Assembly: GCA_002104905.1 (NCBI GenBank)
Contig: MCFE01000398.1
Coordinates: 17,676 to 81,675 of the forward strand
Reading direction: 5' to 3'
Length of the DNA stretch: 64,000 nucleotides
Origin: Basidiobolus meristosporus CBS 931.73
Taxonomy: Eukaryota > Fungi > Basidiobolomycota
The position numbers and the translations under genes are program-made. This document shows, piece after piece, positions 38,248 through 50,299 of the stretch. Within the stretch, counting starts at the first letter, position 1. The number at the start of each line of letters is the position of its first letter. The notes under the pieces are model-generated. The model was not told the origin of the DNA and did no database searches. It worked only from the letters and a program-made list of their open reading frames with translations.

Positions 38248-39868
38248 ATGTCTGACGCCCCAACTGTCATCGGTATCAACTTCGGTACTTACTACTCCTG
38301 TATTTCTATCTTGAACAAGGTGCCTTTTTTTCGCTGAAACCCCCATCCCATCGAACCCATGCTAATCCCTGCTTTCTTTTTTCCAGGAAGGTCGTGCTGA
38401 GGTCATTGCTAACGAAGATGGTGATCGTATGATTCCATCCATTGTTGCTTTTTCTGGCGACGAGGAATTCTGCGGTACCCCTGCTAAGCACCAAGAGCTT
38501 AGAAACGCTCAGAACACCGTCTCTGAATTCAGAAACGCTTTGGGTCAAGACCTCGCTGAGGTCCAAAAGATCTATGCTCAAACCGCTAGCAAAATCACCG
38601 AGAAGGACGGTGTTGCCGCCTTCGAAGTTAACTACAAGGATGCCGAAGCCAAGTTCACCGCCAAGGAAATCACTTCCAAGTTCTTCGTTACCTTGAAGCA
38701 AACCGCCGAGAACTACCTCGGTAAGACTGTTGATGGTGTTGTCATGGCCGTTCCCTCCTATTTCACTGAGAAGCAAAACGAGGAACTCAAGCAAGCCGTC
38801 GAAGCTGCTGGTCTTCATATCTTGCAATTGATTCACGAGCCCACTGCCGCTGCCCTTGCCTACAACCTTGGTCAAAATGCCTCCAGAAAGGACGCTGATG
38901 ATAAGACCGTTCTTGTTGCTGATTTGGGTGGTCACAACCTTGACCTTACCCTTCTCGCTGCCAGAGGTGGTGTTTACACTGTTCTTGGTTCCGGTCAAGA
39001 CCACGAGTTGGGTGGCAAGAACTTCGACGAGGCTTTGGTCAACCATTTCGCCGCTGAGTTCAAGCGTAAGAACAACATCGATATCTCCAGCAACAAGCGT
39101 GCTTTGAACAAGCTCAGAGCCGCCTGTGAGATCACCAAGCGCACCTTGTCCAGCGCTGCCTCTGCTCCTTGCTCCGTCGAGTCCTTGGCCGAGGGTCTTG
39201 ACTTCCACTCCAACATCAACAGAATGAGATTCGAGATGCTCTGCAACAAGTTGTTCAGCCAATTCTTGAACGCTGTCGAGAAGGTCTTGGAGGACAACAA
39301 GCTCCAAGCCAGCCAAATCGATGAGGTTCTCTTGGTTGGTGGCTCCACCCGTATCCCCAAGTTGCAACTCAAGCTCCGTGATGTCTTCCCTGAATCTACT
39401 GTTGTTCGTACTGATGTCGAGGCTGATGAGGCCATCGCTATTGGATGTGCTTTGCAAGCTCTTCTGATCTCATCCTTGGGTGATGACGAGTCTCACTACA
39501 AGTCCTACCTTGCTCCTGAAGTGACCAACGCTCTCCACACCACCAAGGCTATTGGTCTTGTTCACGAGAAGGAGTTCTACCCCATCGTTTCCGCTGCCAC
39601 CCCTCTTCCTCTCCACAGAAACGTCGAGCTCCCTACCTCTGTCGATGACCAAACCGAGGTGTATGTTGCTCTTTACGAGAAGGAGTCCTCCCAAGAGGCC
39701 GAGCCAGTCCTTTTGGCTGAACTTGTCCTCTCCGAGCTGCCTGCCGCCAAGGCTGGGGAGACCAAGGTTGAGCTTTTGATCCAAGTCGACGAGGCCGGCA
39801 AGGTTCAAGCCACCCTTCGTGAAAAGAAGTCCGGAAAGATTGCCCAAGCCGAGATCGCTGCCAACTAG
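38248..39868 (+). CDS. SSZ1: Atypical Hsp70, ribosome-associated complex subunit Ssz1-like
   Basis: VIGINFG instead of GIDLG; IANEDGDRMIPS; shortened substrate-binding domain without lid or EEVD; one intron at about 38320-38388. Confidence 0.88.
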
Positions 39869-40214
39869 GCGGAGTGCATGTTTGTCAGCCACCCTGAATA
39901 TCCCATCATAATGAAATTAAAAATGAGTTGAATTTTCAGTTGACGACCGATCATGTGACCTCTCCCACCTCTACAATTTCCATAGAGTAGATGTAACGCA
40001 TTACTTCCATCCCTAGTTCTAGCTCAGCCTGAAACTATTTGTAAAGCATTAAAATTTAGTAATTTACACAGCATTCCATTCCATCCCATCAACTTCATTA
40101 CCACCTGCTTATTGAGGAAAATTGCACTCAGGTAATATTTCAATTAATACTTGGGCCATTGACCTTGACAAAGTTGCCGTCGTTTTTCTGTCAAATTGAA
40201 GGTGTTAATTCCAG

Positions 40215-40960
40215 ATCCTTTGTTGATACCTTATCGTGATCGACAGTGTTCAGTAAATGGACTGAGACTTCGCCTTGCCAAGCTCAAACACGATGCGAAA
40301 ACTGGCCTGCTCGGCCTCAGCGAAACAATTATCCACATTGTGATTCAGAGTCTAGCAACGGGGTAGATCAGCAACATACATTGGCCCAGCAATCGAAGGT
40401 TGTTTTTCCAATCTTGGTCTCTGGCAGCAGAGGCCTGGGAATGATCTGCACACTCAGTTCCTACTTGGGATAGTCTCCATTGTTGACAAGGTAGAGGTAT
40501 CGTCGGTGAAAATCGGCATCGCTACCTACGAGCTTTGGCGCTTCATTCCGCACCAAGATCGCCAGACCTTGAAGTGACTTCCTGTCATTTGACGAATCTC
40601 ATGAGAACTAGGGTTTTTGTATACCAACAGTAATAGACTAAGCAGCGACTAAGCAGCGGCGATATTCAGGTAATCTACAACGGGTTGGAAGTAGCCGTAC
40701 GCTTCAACCACACGCTTTGGGATGCGCTCATGATCTAACGAGATTAAATGATTAACTAATCCATTGACCAAAGCCAAGTCCTTAACGGCTAAACCCTAAC
40801 CGAAGTGCACAATCTTCACCCGCAACTGCAAGTCCCCGAGAAGGGTAGGACCCCGCAGGCCTGACTGCAAACGATTAGTGTTATTGATCTATGGATCCGG
40901 TTAGTGGAGGCCGATGGAGGGGTCAAGGGTACACGCCTCAACATGGTTGATTCCCTGGTA
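40215..40960 (-). pseudogene. Heavily deleted catalase pseudogene
   Basis: Collinear patches match 47024-49636, e.g. NNGDYPK*ELSVQIIP, DNCFAE and an intron-2 homologue. Confidence 0.85.
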
Positions 40961-41355
40961 AGTGTGAAAATGATCTTGATGCGAGTAGGATCCTTGATTC
41001 AATTAACAAATTAAAACCGTATAGTAACTCGTGTTGAAGCCTCGTTTAAGGCAAAATGTGAGGGTTCCCAACTGACACTTCAATTGGTCTATACTTGTTT
41101 ATAGTATCCACATGTACGGGTTAAAGTCGACTGGTAGTGGGCTTTAATGCTGTGAGTGGCAGGTATATCTAATCACCTGATATCATTTCCTATTTGGGTG
41201 AGGCTGCTATGATAGGATGTAGTTGAAATTTGGAAAAGCCAAGAACGCTGCCAAGACCTTCAAAAACTTCTAGTAAGGGATTTGGCTGTTTGACATACTC
41301 GAGGGAATTATCGCCTATATATAGCGCCTGCTCTAGTCATAATCCAGACTGCACA

Positions 41356-42345
41356 ATGTCCAAGCTACCATATAATAATGACCATGACACAACCAGCCCA
41401 TCACAGTTCTCCTCCAACCTTCCACCTCCTCCTTACACACAACAGATAGAACCGCATACCTCGGGTTCTTCGTGTCCCATAAACCGTCCTCCAAATGCCT
41501 ACTCCCACCTCCAGTATGGTGGCTCAACTTCTTCAAGTCAACCTTCTCATCAACTGAACCAACCCACAGTCCACTCCAAAGAGGGCTCATATTCTTCCAG
41601 TGGTCAGGTCAACTATCCACCGCAACAAGCTGTGGTGAATGTGAGCAGCACTGGGATGAGTAGCGCCCAGGCGCGCTCAGTCCAATCGTCTGGAAGTCAA
41701 ACCCCTGCTTGCTTTTCCAGACCGCCTCAGATACAAGGGTATGCCCTAGCACCCTTCCCCTCGTTCCGAGTTCCTTGTAATGGAAGAACGTTTCAAGATG
41801 GATTCCCACAATTCTATCCTCAGCCACAGCACCTGTCCGCCCGCGATATACATGAGGCAGACTGGCTTCAGTTCATGCAGGAGCTGTCGGATGAAGGTCG
41901 CTTAAAGGGAGGTCAAAAGGTGACTGCTTCCATTCTACCCATAGCAATGCATGTTGGGGCGACCGGGTTTCTGATCACTCGTGCAATTGAGAAAAGGATG
42001 AAGAAAGGGAATGTTGGCAAAGCAGCAGCCAAAATCGATATCTGGAACTACTGCTTTTTCAATGCTCGTGGGGTTAATATCACCCTGTTCCAAGGACCAA
42101 GAAGAGTGAGTGGACCATCCACTGGCTCCTCTTCCTCTTCCAGCAGCTCTTCAGAAGATGAAGATAGACATCCTGCTATGGGTATGAGCCGAGAATCAAG
42201 AAGAGCAGCCAAGGAAGCACGAAGAGAGGATCGACGTCGTAGAAGAGAGCAGCGGCGCCATGACAAACAGAAGAGGAGAGAACTAAAGCGAGGGGAGAAG
42301 ACTGATGAGCCGTACTATCTACTTGTGGAAAGCCAACATCTTTAA
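41356..42345 (+). CDS. Uncharacterised protein (Pro/Ser-rich N-terminus, DW..F..EL and IDIWNYCFFNARG core, Arg/Glu-rich tail), copy 1
   Basis: Intronless ORF with TATA at about 41317; frame conserved in copy 2. Confidence 0.75.
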   Translation: MSKLPYNNDHDTTSPSQFSSNLPPPPYTQQIEPHTSGSSCPINRPPNAYSHLQYGGSTSSSQPSHQLNQPTVHSKEGSYSSSGQVNYPPQQAVVNVSSTGMSSAQARSVQSSGSQTPACFSRPPQIQGYALAPFPSFRVPCNGRTFQDGFPQFYPQPQHLSARDIHEADWLQFMQELSDEGRLKGGQKVTASILPIAMHVGATGFLITRAIEKRMKKGNVGKAAAKIDIWNYCFFNARGVNITLFQGPRRVSGPSTGSSSSSSSSSEDEDRHPAMGMSRESRRAAKEARREDRRRRREQRRHDKQKRRELKRGEKTDEPYYLLVESQHL

Positions 42346-42703
42346 GCATAAATATTCCCTGCTGGCTACATGGAATTTGGTGATCCTCCTTGACAAAATA
42401 GTACAGTATCAATCAATATTTATTGGATGTCCTTTCAATGAAACAAATCACGTGGATACGTAATAAATGAAAGTGAAGCATTACGCTAGCCAAAAATCCG
42501 TTGAGCCATTGTTGCCATTAAAGTATGCCCAGGGCTACCAGTGAAAGTGCGATCCACATTCTGTAAACAAATGGGATGATTGTATCAACTCTTTCAATCC
42601 AGTCATCGATTCCACACTGGCAGCCGAACTCAGCCGGACCAACAGTGAAGGGGTAGCTTTGTTGATGCTCTATATTTACAAATCACTGTCTTCTAAACTT
42701 GCT

Positions 42704-43264
42704 TTAGCTTATGAAATGTGAAGTACGGACAGTGGAGCTTCCAACCCCAGTCTGCAGTTCTTGAAACTTGCAATGGGGGGGGAGGTCTGGCAATATTATT
42801 GTATTGCCGACCTTCTCCCACCTCAGGGTGCCTGTGTTTTCCGAGTAAAACCCAAAATCTGAGCGAAAGTGAGCAAGGATAGGGTCACATCTTTGTCGGG
42901 CTCCAACTTGAAGTATCCAGTCACCAACCACATCATTGACAGTGACACTAGTTCTCCGGCTTTCTTTCTTGGCTAGAGCGTAGCAGGATTTCCAGGTAGA
43001 TTTGGCGGGAGGTGAAGAAGAGCTCGTTTCCTGGAGAGCATGAAGTATTTCTGCACCAGACAAGTCAGTAGTCTTTATCCACAGCTTCTTCTCCTTCCAA
43101 GATATCCTACACAAGGTTTGCCACAAACCTTCAAGATTGGAAAGTTCTCGCCATGCATGTGAAACAAGGCAGCATTGGCATAAGTCAGCTGCATCGAAAT
43201 ATTCGAACACTTCAATGATCAACTCTGGCGGAAGATGTATAGAGGTGGTCGGGGGGTTGTGCAT
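42704..43264 (-). CDS. F-box protein, copy 1 (C-terminal frameshift relative to copy 2)
   Basis: LPPELIIEVFEYF..DL..CCLVSHAWREL...LW; G8 run at 42775-42782 versus G6 in copy 2. Confidence 0.8.
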   Translation of the reverse strand: MHNPPTTSIHLPPELIIEVFEYFDAADLCQCCLVSHAWRELSNLEGLWQTLCRISWKEKKLWIKTTDLSGAEILHALQETSSSSPPAKSTWKSCYALAKKESRRTSVTVNDVVGDWILQVGARQRCDPILAHFRSDFGFYSENTGTLRWEKVGNTIILPDLPPHCKFQELQTGVGSSTVRTSHFIS

Positions 43265-43369
43265 GTTCTCGCTTGATTAAAAGTTGATGTGGAAAAGAGC
43301 GCTTATATAGGCTGGGCAAATTCTCTGCAATTTGGCCCAGACGGAAGGTGCATAAGTTGATACAACAGA

Positions 43370-44057
43370 AGGCACAGACACCAAGGGACGCTTGCTAGAA
43401 TTTGCCATCACATATTCCAATTGGTCTAGTGAATAGATCCCGTTCATCTGACTAGCTTTTCTATATCTTGGCTTCTAGAAACCCAGCTACGAGAATACCC
43501 GATGAGGCGATACAAGAAATTAATTGGCTTCACTGATTGTGTGACGAACTGAGTTATGTGTATGATTGGTTGCTACGTGCTTTCAGCTATAGCTCCATCT
43601 TGATCGTTTTATCTGGTTGTCCACTCAGGCTTACCACATACTTCGATACTTGACTGGATTGAGTGTACAACCCCTTCACCCATCAGTCGCATCCCGGATG
43701 AACAACTTTACATAGTATTCCTGAAACGCATACTTACTTGAGTGGCAATACTGACAAGCCCTTGGACACTATGCTAATCTAGATATTTGAGACTATCCTG
43801 AGTGGGAACTGGGTGTGCGTATCTTCCGCAATGAGGGCGAGTTCAAATATGATTCCAACCTGCTGGCCCCAATCAAGATAGTGCTCACCTCTCAAGTATC
43901 CGTAGCCAGAAATGTAAAAATGGTCTTTGTGAGTATTGGACTAGTATATGCTGACTCTCATTGCTACACTTTGAACTGCAATGTCAATAACCTTTTCACT
44001 GAGACTGTACAGTCGAGTCTACATCCAGGCCATACCGTAACTAATAATACTCCCTAG
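43370..44057 (+). pseudogene. Inverted catalase relic, copy 1
   Basis: [25 protein letters not shown] (from 43791) and LNCNVNNLFTET.QSSLHPGHTV match the catalases in this window. Confidence 0.8.
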
Positions 44058-44818
44058 CAGGAGCTTATGCAAACAGAGATGAATGGGCTGAGTCAACTGC
44101 GAAGATTAGTCTGGCCATCCGAGTGTGCATTAGTCCAAGAATGATTTGCGATGCTGTGCCCCACAAGCGGTTCATAATTGGACGGACGAAAGCTACAATT
44201 ACCATTTAGCGGTAGTAATAATCGGTGGGCGTCTTGGATTACTGATATGGTCATGTCCATGGCTTTTTTACCCGAGTCCATATTTGGCATATTGTCCCGA
44301 AGGAGGGTGAGGTGAATCTTAAACGAAATTGGTGTTCACTTCAAACGGACTAGAATTGGAATTTTTCTCTGATCGGTAGTGGTCGGAAAGGTTAGGCCAT
44401 TTACATCATTGCCTAATTTATCGCGAATCTTGGGTTCTAGATTTCTTCTGATGCTCAGCAACTGGGTCACTCTATTCCGTTTGCCCAGGGTCCAAAGTGT
44501 GAGAGCAGTGTTGTAGAGGGTGAGGCATGAGAGTAGCAGCTGGTACTAGCCTGAGAGATAGTGGATAGCTATCATGCTGACTGTGATACTGAGCAGTTCA
44601 CTTTTCGAGCCGATGGTGAATCTTCAATCACTAACTCCAGGATTCCCCGATAGTTCGATCTAGGTACCACCAGCAGCCAAAGAAAATTCACCCACCATAT
44701 ATGGAAAGCGGGACATCCTAATTAATGATTGGAGTGTCCCGCAAGGCAAATCCCAGGTATAAATATCTCCATGACGCCTAACTTGCCAACCATCCACAAC
44801 TACTACTCTACTACTAAA

Positions 44819-46282
44819 ATGCTTGGTCGCTCTACCAAAGAGGCAAAAACCTCCAATGACTCCTCACAGGCCGGGTTCTCGTTCTATACTGTCATGTGCG
44901 TCTCAATCGCCTGCCTTGTCTCGTTCAACAATGGGTGGAACACTTCCGATACCAATATTATCCAATCATCCATCATCGAGTGTGAAAACCCTGACGAGAA
45001 ATTCAATGGCTTTCCAAGTTGCTTCCCTATGGGTGACTGGCTTTGGGGCTTTGCAGTAAGCAGCTTCTCCATCGGCGGCGCTATCGGGGGGCTTTCGGCC
45101 GGGTGGTCTCAAGCGAAGTTCGGACGTCGCAACTCTCTTCTATTCAACAACATTTTCTTCATCGTTGGCGCCTTGCTTCTTGGACTCTCGAAGAACAAGG
45201 GGACTTGGATTGTCGGTCGTTTCTTTACCGGGATCGGCTCAGGATTCGGAACCGTTGTTCTGCCTACGTATATCGGTGAAGTCTCCACCACCAGAGTCCG
45301 AGGTGCGTACGGTGCTATGACACAGCTTACCTGTGTGATTGGACAGTTGGTGACTCAGGCCGCCGGCCTCGGTCTGTCGAGCAGGGTGGGCTGGCGTATC
45401 TGCATGGCACTTACCGGAGCCATTGCCATTCTCCAACTGGTGACACTGTCCTTCATCACTGAAACGCCCCGCTACTACATTTCCAAGGATCGGATCGACG
45501 ATGCCGAAAAGTCGTTACTCAAGCTCCGCAAAGGAATGGATGTCACCAATGAACTCCAAACCATGGTGGACGCGCGTGCAGAGGCCAAGGTCAACGGAGA
45601 GCAGACATCAATCGTGGACGGGTTCAAGTTCATCATGCGTGACTCGTTGACTCGTAAACATGCCTTCATGTGCATGTTCCTTTGCGTGATCCAGCAGCTT
45701 TGCGGCATCAACGGGATCATGTACTATTCCACCTCGATCTTTACCTCCATCTACGGCAACAAAACCGCGCAGTATCTCACAGTTGGCGTCGGTGCTATCA
45801 ACCTGTTGGCGACGATCGTCACTATCCTGCTGATTGATCGAGTTGGACGAAAGTTCCTTGTGCTACTCAGTCTTGCCGGGATGGCATCCTTCAATGTCCT
45901 GATGATCATTGGTATCGAGTGCGACGATTCAGGCCTTGTGATTCTGGGGTTGTTCGCGTTTGTTGTGTCATTTGCACTCGGTATGGGGCCCATTCCGTTC
46001 CTGATCATTTCGGAGCTTATCCCTACCCGAGCTGTCTCCACAGTTGCATCCAGTGCCCTCGGGCTCAACTGGCTGGGCAACTTTGTGGTTGGATTCTTCT
46101 TCCCATCGTTGAAGAACACCATGCACGGGTATGTGTTCTTGATCTTCGTGGGATGCTGTATTGCCGGGTTCGTCGGGGTCCTGTTCTTCTTACCTGAGAC
46201 TAAGGGGCGTAGCATCGAGGAGATCACTGGCCACGGGAGTAACAGTGCGACTACCAACGAGCCCAAAATTAGCCAGAACTAA
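44819..46282 (+). CDS. MFS sugar porter (GLUT-like), copy 1
   Basis: KFGRR, YIGEVS...RG, ETPRY, QQLCGING, DRVGRK, ISELIP and PETKGRS motifs; intronless. Confidence 0.93.
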   Translation: MLGRSTKEAKTSNDSSQAGFSFYTVMCVSIACLVSFNNGWNTSDTNIIQSSIIECENPDEKFNGFPSCFPMGDWLWGFAVSSFSIGGAIGGLSAGWSQAKFGRRNSLLFNNIFFIVGALLLGLSKNKGTWIVGRFFTGIGSGFGTVVLPTYIGEVSTTRVRGAYGAMTQLTCVIGQLVTQAAGLGLSSRVGWRICMALTGAIAILQLVTLSFITETPRYYISKDRIDDAEKSLLKLRKGMDVTNELQTMVDARAEAKVNGEQTSIVDGFKFIMRDSLTRKHAFMCMFLCVIQQLCGINGIMYYSTSIFTSIYGNKTAQYLTVGVGAINLLATIVTILLIDRVGRKFLVLLSLAGMASFNVLMIIGIECDDSGLVILGLFAFVVSFALGMGPIPFLIISELIPTRAVSTVASSALGLNWLGNFVVGFFFPSLKNTMHGYVFLIFVGCCIAGFVGVLFFLPETKGRSIEEITGHGSNSATTNEPKISQN

Positions 46283-47023
46283 GCTGACGAGCGAGATGTA
46301 AAGTTTAAGCAAAATATGTATTATAACAAGAATAAATAGTTATCAACTTCACACGTGGATTTTGTGGCTCATAATGAACGTTGTTGGTTCCAAAGAATTG
46401 GATTCTAGCTTTAAACTTGTTGCTTTTTATGGCCGAAGATTCATTGTTCAGTAAGTAATCTTGAATTTGAAATTCTCCCATCAGAGTGGTTTCTACATTA
46501 TTTCATGGGCCAACCGGTCACTTTACACAAATGTAAGAGTATTATTGAAAACTCCAGCACAGGCATGTATCGTACATGCTTAGGCTCATATTCGTAAACA
46601 CTAAGCACACAATACCTAATTCAGTTTCTTGTCCTCGTTGAACTTCTGATAGCTATGCCAAGTAACAAACCATTCTGAAACCGAAACCGAAACTGCCACT
46701 ATCTGAGCTAAATAATGCTTGTCAGTCGCACCGGATTTTTTGGGGATTATCACCCACGTGACCTAGGTATCTCTATCCAATGAAGTAGAGGCATTGCGTT
46801 ACCTTCTTCTATGGCACTGGTTCAGCCCTCAACTACTTCAAGATGACAAATCCCAATAGCTTACTTCCCACCAACTACCGACTTCGTCACCATAATCCCA
46901 TCCTCATATCAACCCACCAATGGAGAAAGATAGCACTGCATGAGCCCAGGATTTTCCGAACTATTTTCAGGGAAATAGCTAGTTGTCTTTTATTGACCGT
47001 GTTCATTGGCTTTCAGCTATATT

Positions 47024-49636
47024 CTAAGCCTTTGTTGGGTCCATCTTCATCCGCTCCCAGAACCTTGCGGTCAAGATGGCATTCGCGAAAGGCTGGTTGA
47101 TCTTGCCGGCATTAGAATCCGTAGAGGTGATTACGCCATTGAGGTCGTTGACTCCAGAACCCTTGTTGTTGTAGGGGATACCTGATTTGTCAATGAGCTG
47201 AACTCCCTCACCTGTGGCAGCTATTGGCTTTCCATGACGATAAGCCTCGCGGATGAATTCAAGTGGCTCTGCATACGGGAACATAACACTCTGTCCAAGT
47301 AACGTCTCGACCGATTTCTTCCCTCCAGGTATGTATAGAGCATCGAAGAGGACAGAGGAGGTGGTGACGAACGTGTTGTTCACCTGCATATTGAGGTTTT
47401 GGACCTTGCCAAGATGCGGAGCCACTATGTCTGGATAGGCTCCCTTGGATTTTAGACTGTTGTACACCGACTGCACTTGTGAAGCATCCACCCCATCAGC
47501 GACAAGGATGGCCACTGTGCGAGTACGAATATTGCTTTTCGGATACTTCTCGATGGACAGGCCAGTGCTGGTGCGGTTCTTGTTTGGGTTGGTGACCTTC
47601 GTAGGTGGGGTTACGCCGATGGCGATGGCCACTCGTATGGCCAAATCGTGATCGACATTATTCAGCAATTCGATCATTCGGTCACGGATGGACTGAGACT
47701 TGGTCTTACCAAGCTCAAATCGGGCTGCATCCACTAGTTGTTGCTAAACACAGTTCAATCGTTAGTGATTAGGAATTCCTCAACCGAGTGCGCGATTACT
47801 TACCTGCTCTGCCTTCGTCAAGCTGTTGTAGAATAGTTGGGGCTGCGAGAAATAATCGAAGAAGCTTGGCGCGGTGCCCCTCACCTTCGGTCCATCCACT
47901 TTGCTGTTGTAGGACTGGAAGCCACCATCCTCTGGGGATGCCATTTGGGGGGAGTTTCCTTGCATCCTATTGGGGTAGTAAGCGACTTTCCCCTTGTTGA
48001 TGGTCGTTTGCATGAACCCATCGCGCTGATTGTTGTGAACTGCGTTGATGGGCCGGTTGATGGGGATTTGGTAGAAGTTGGCGCTTCCGTGTCTATTCAG
48101 CTGTGTGTCTAGATAGCTGAAAAGGCGACCTTGCAAGAGGGGATCATTGGTGAAATCTATTCCGGGTACGATATGTCCCAGGTGGAAGCTGACCTGCTCG
48201 GTTTCAGCGAAATAATTATCCACATTGCGATTCAGAGTCTAGCAAAAAGTTGAAATGAGTGAACCAGCCGTTTACATTGGCGCAGCAATCGCGAAGAAGT
48301 TACCATTTTCCCAATCTTGACCACTGGTACTAGGGACTCGGGGACTATCTTGGTTGGATCCAGTATGTCGAAGTCGTATTTGAACTCATCCTCTTCAGGG
48401 ATGATCTGCACACCCAGCTCCCACTCGGGATAGTCTCCGTTGTCGATGGCAGTGTATAGGTCCCTTCGGTGGAAATCGGCATCCTTACCCGCGATCTTTT
48501 GCGCTTCATCCCACACTAGGGTCGCCAGACCTTGAAGTGGCTTCCAATGCCACTTGACAAATACGGATTTGCCCTTAGGATTTACAAGACGGAAGGTGTG
48601 TACGCCGAAACCTTCCATCATACGGAGGCTAGGCATAATGTCAGTCAAAGTGCACTACGCTACTGATAGGGTGCCACTGAACAGTACCTTCGCGGAATAC
48701 CACGCCCAGAGAATGCCCACAGAACGGTGTGCAATGACTCGGGGAACTCGGAAAAGAAGTCGTAGGTTGTGTCATGGGCGGTACCAGCTTGGGGCATCTC
48801 CGTATCAGGCTCTGGTTTAGCAGCGTGGATAAGATCGGGGAATTTGATGGCATCTAATAGCAAATACTGTGAGTGGGGTGGCTGGGTTTCGACGTTGCAT
48901 CGGTGATGTACCTTGGATAAAGAACACAGGGATGTCGTTTCCAACTATACATAGAGTTAGATAGAGCAGAGAACAAACTCCAGTCAGATGCAAACTTACC
49001 TAAATCAAAGAGACCCTCCTCTGTGTAGAAACGTGTTGCGAATCCGCGCACATCTCTTACTGTATCTGCCGATCCACGTGATCCCAGCACTGTAGAAAAT
49101 CTCACAAAGACTGGGGTTTTGGTATCTGGGTTTCGCAGAAACTTGGCGGCGGTGATGTTGGAGTAATCTCCATATGGTTGAAAATAGCCATGTGCACCAA
49201 CCCCACGCGCATGAACAACGCGTTCAGGGATGCGTTCGTGATCTATCGAGATTAAATGATTAATTAATCCATTGACGAAAGCCAAGTCCCTAACGGCTAA
49301 ACCCTAACCGAAGTGCATAATCTTCTCCCGCAACTGGAAGTCCTCAAGAAGGGTGGGCCCCCGCAAGCCTGCCTTCAGACTATTGGTGTTATTGATCTAT
49401 GGCTTTGGTTAGTAAAGTCCAATGGGGAGGGTAGACGAGTAGTACTCAACCAATAGTCCAAAATTGGTGGTCTCATGTGTGTTGGCATTTCCAATGGTGT
49501 ACTCGCGAAGCTGCCTATTCTTGGCTGAACCATCAGTAGCCCCGGTGAGGCCCTTTTCAAGAGCACACATCTGAGAAAGAACCAGCGGGGCCCCGAGCAC
49601 AAGGTTGAAAAAGACGAGAAGTTTCCGATGGGTCAT
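47024..49636 (-). CDS. Large-subunit (clade 2, KatE/CatB-type) monofunctional catalase with predicted signal peptide, multi-exon, apparently intact
   Basis: [21 protein letters not shown] and C-terminal DJ-1/GATase-like domain ([17 protein letters not shown]); hydrophobic N-terminus. Confidence 0.93.
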
Positions 49637-50299
49637 TTTATCGAGTGGAGTTTGAATGCACAACAAGAGGTCTTATATAATGGCGCCGATTGAGCTCACT
49701 CATCCATTGTGGCAACACTCTAATCCAACGAAAGCTTTTTTGATGACGACGAACATAAATATTACTAATCCCTACCTGTTTCATATGTGTTGCATCATGA
49801 TGATTCTTTCTATCAACCAACATGATTAGTTCCCCAGCGAAGTAGGAAGGTGACCTCAATGCTAATAGGTTCCCCAGATTAATTAACAAATAAGAATGGG
49901 ATATCGACTCGTGTTGAAGCTTCGTTTAATGCAAAACGTGATGAATCTTCATCGGCACTTCAATCGGTCTATTCTAATATATAGTATCCATATGTGGGGA
50001 TCGAAGTAAACTTTTGGGCTTTAATGCTGTAGGTGCCAAATATCTTAAGTGCCAAGTACCTTAAAACATTTGAAATCATTTCCTATTTGGGGGTGAGCTC
50101 GAAGATAAATATGGGTATGGTTAGAGAAAACCAAGAACACTGCTAGTGGGGGGTTTAGTTTCGTTACAGGCTCAAGCACATTATCGGATTCATCAATGTC
50201 TCACTCAGCCTGCGTTCAGTAAGAACTCCCAATAGAATATGACTTAGAAAACCTCACTCTATATATATCGGCTGCTCTAGTCATAATCCAGACTGCACA

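Larger units (their letters stand above)
41328..46458 (+). repeat. Segmental duplication, copy 1 (about 5.1 kb)
   Basis: Near-identical to 50273-55403, offset about 8945 bp. Confidence 0.95.

Noticed and set aside
38306-39457. 383-aa antisense ORF over SSZ1, and similar antisense ORFs over CysRS, FMO and the sugar porters
   Set aside because: Expected by-product of biased codon usage in the sense gene (well known for Hsp70 loci); no recognisable motifs
44729-44818. 30-aa N-terminal extension of the sugar porter (also 53674-53763)
   Set aside because: Non-ATG start; the ATG at 44819/53764 has the better context (AAAATG), though an upstream in-frame ATG at 44771 cannot be excluded
49285-49310. 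CCCTAAC-like motifs in catalase intron 2 (also about 40780-40802)
   Set aside because: Explained by a GTTAGG splice donor and degenerate intron sequence; not a tandem telomere array
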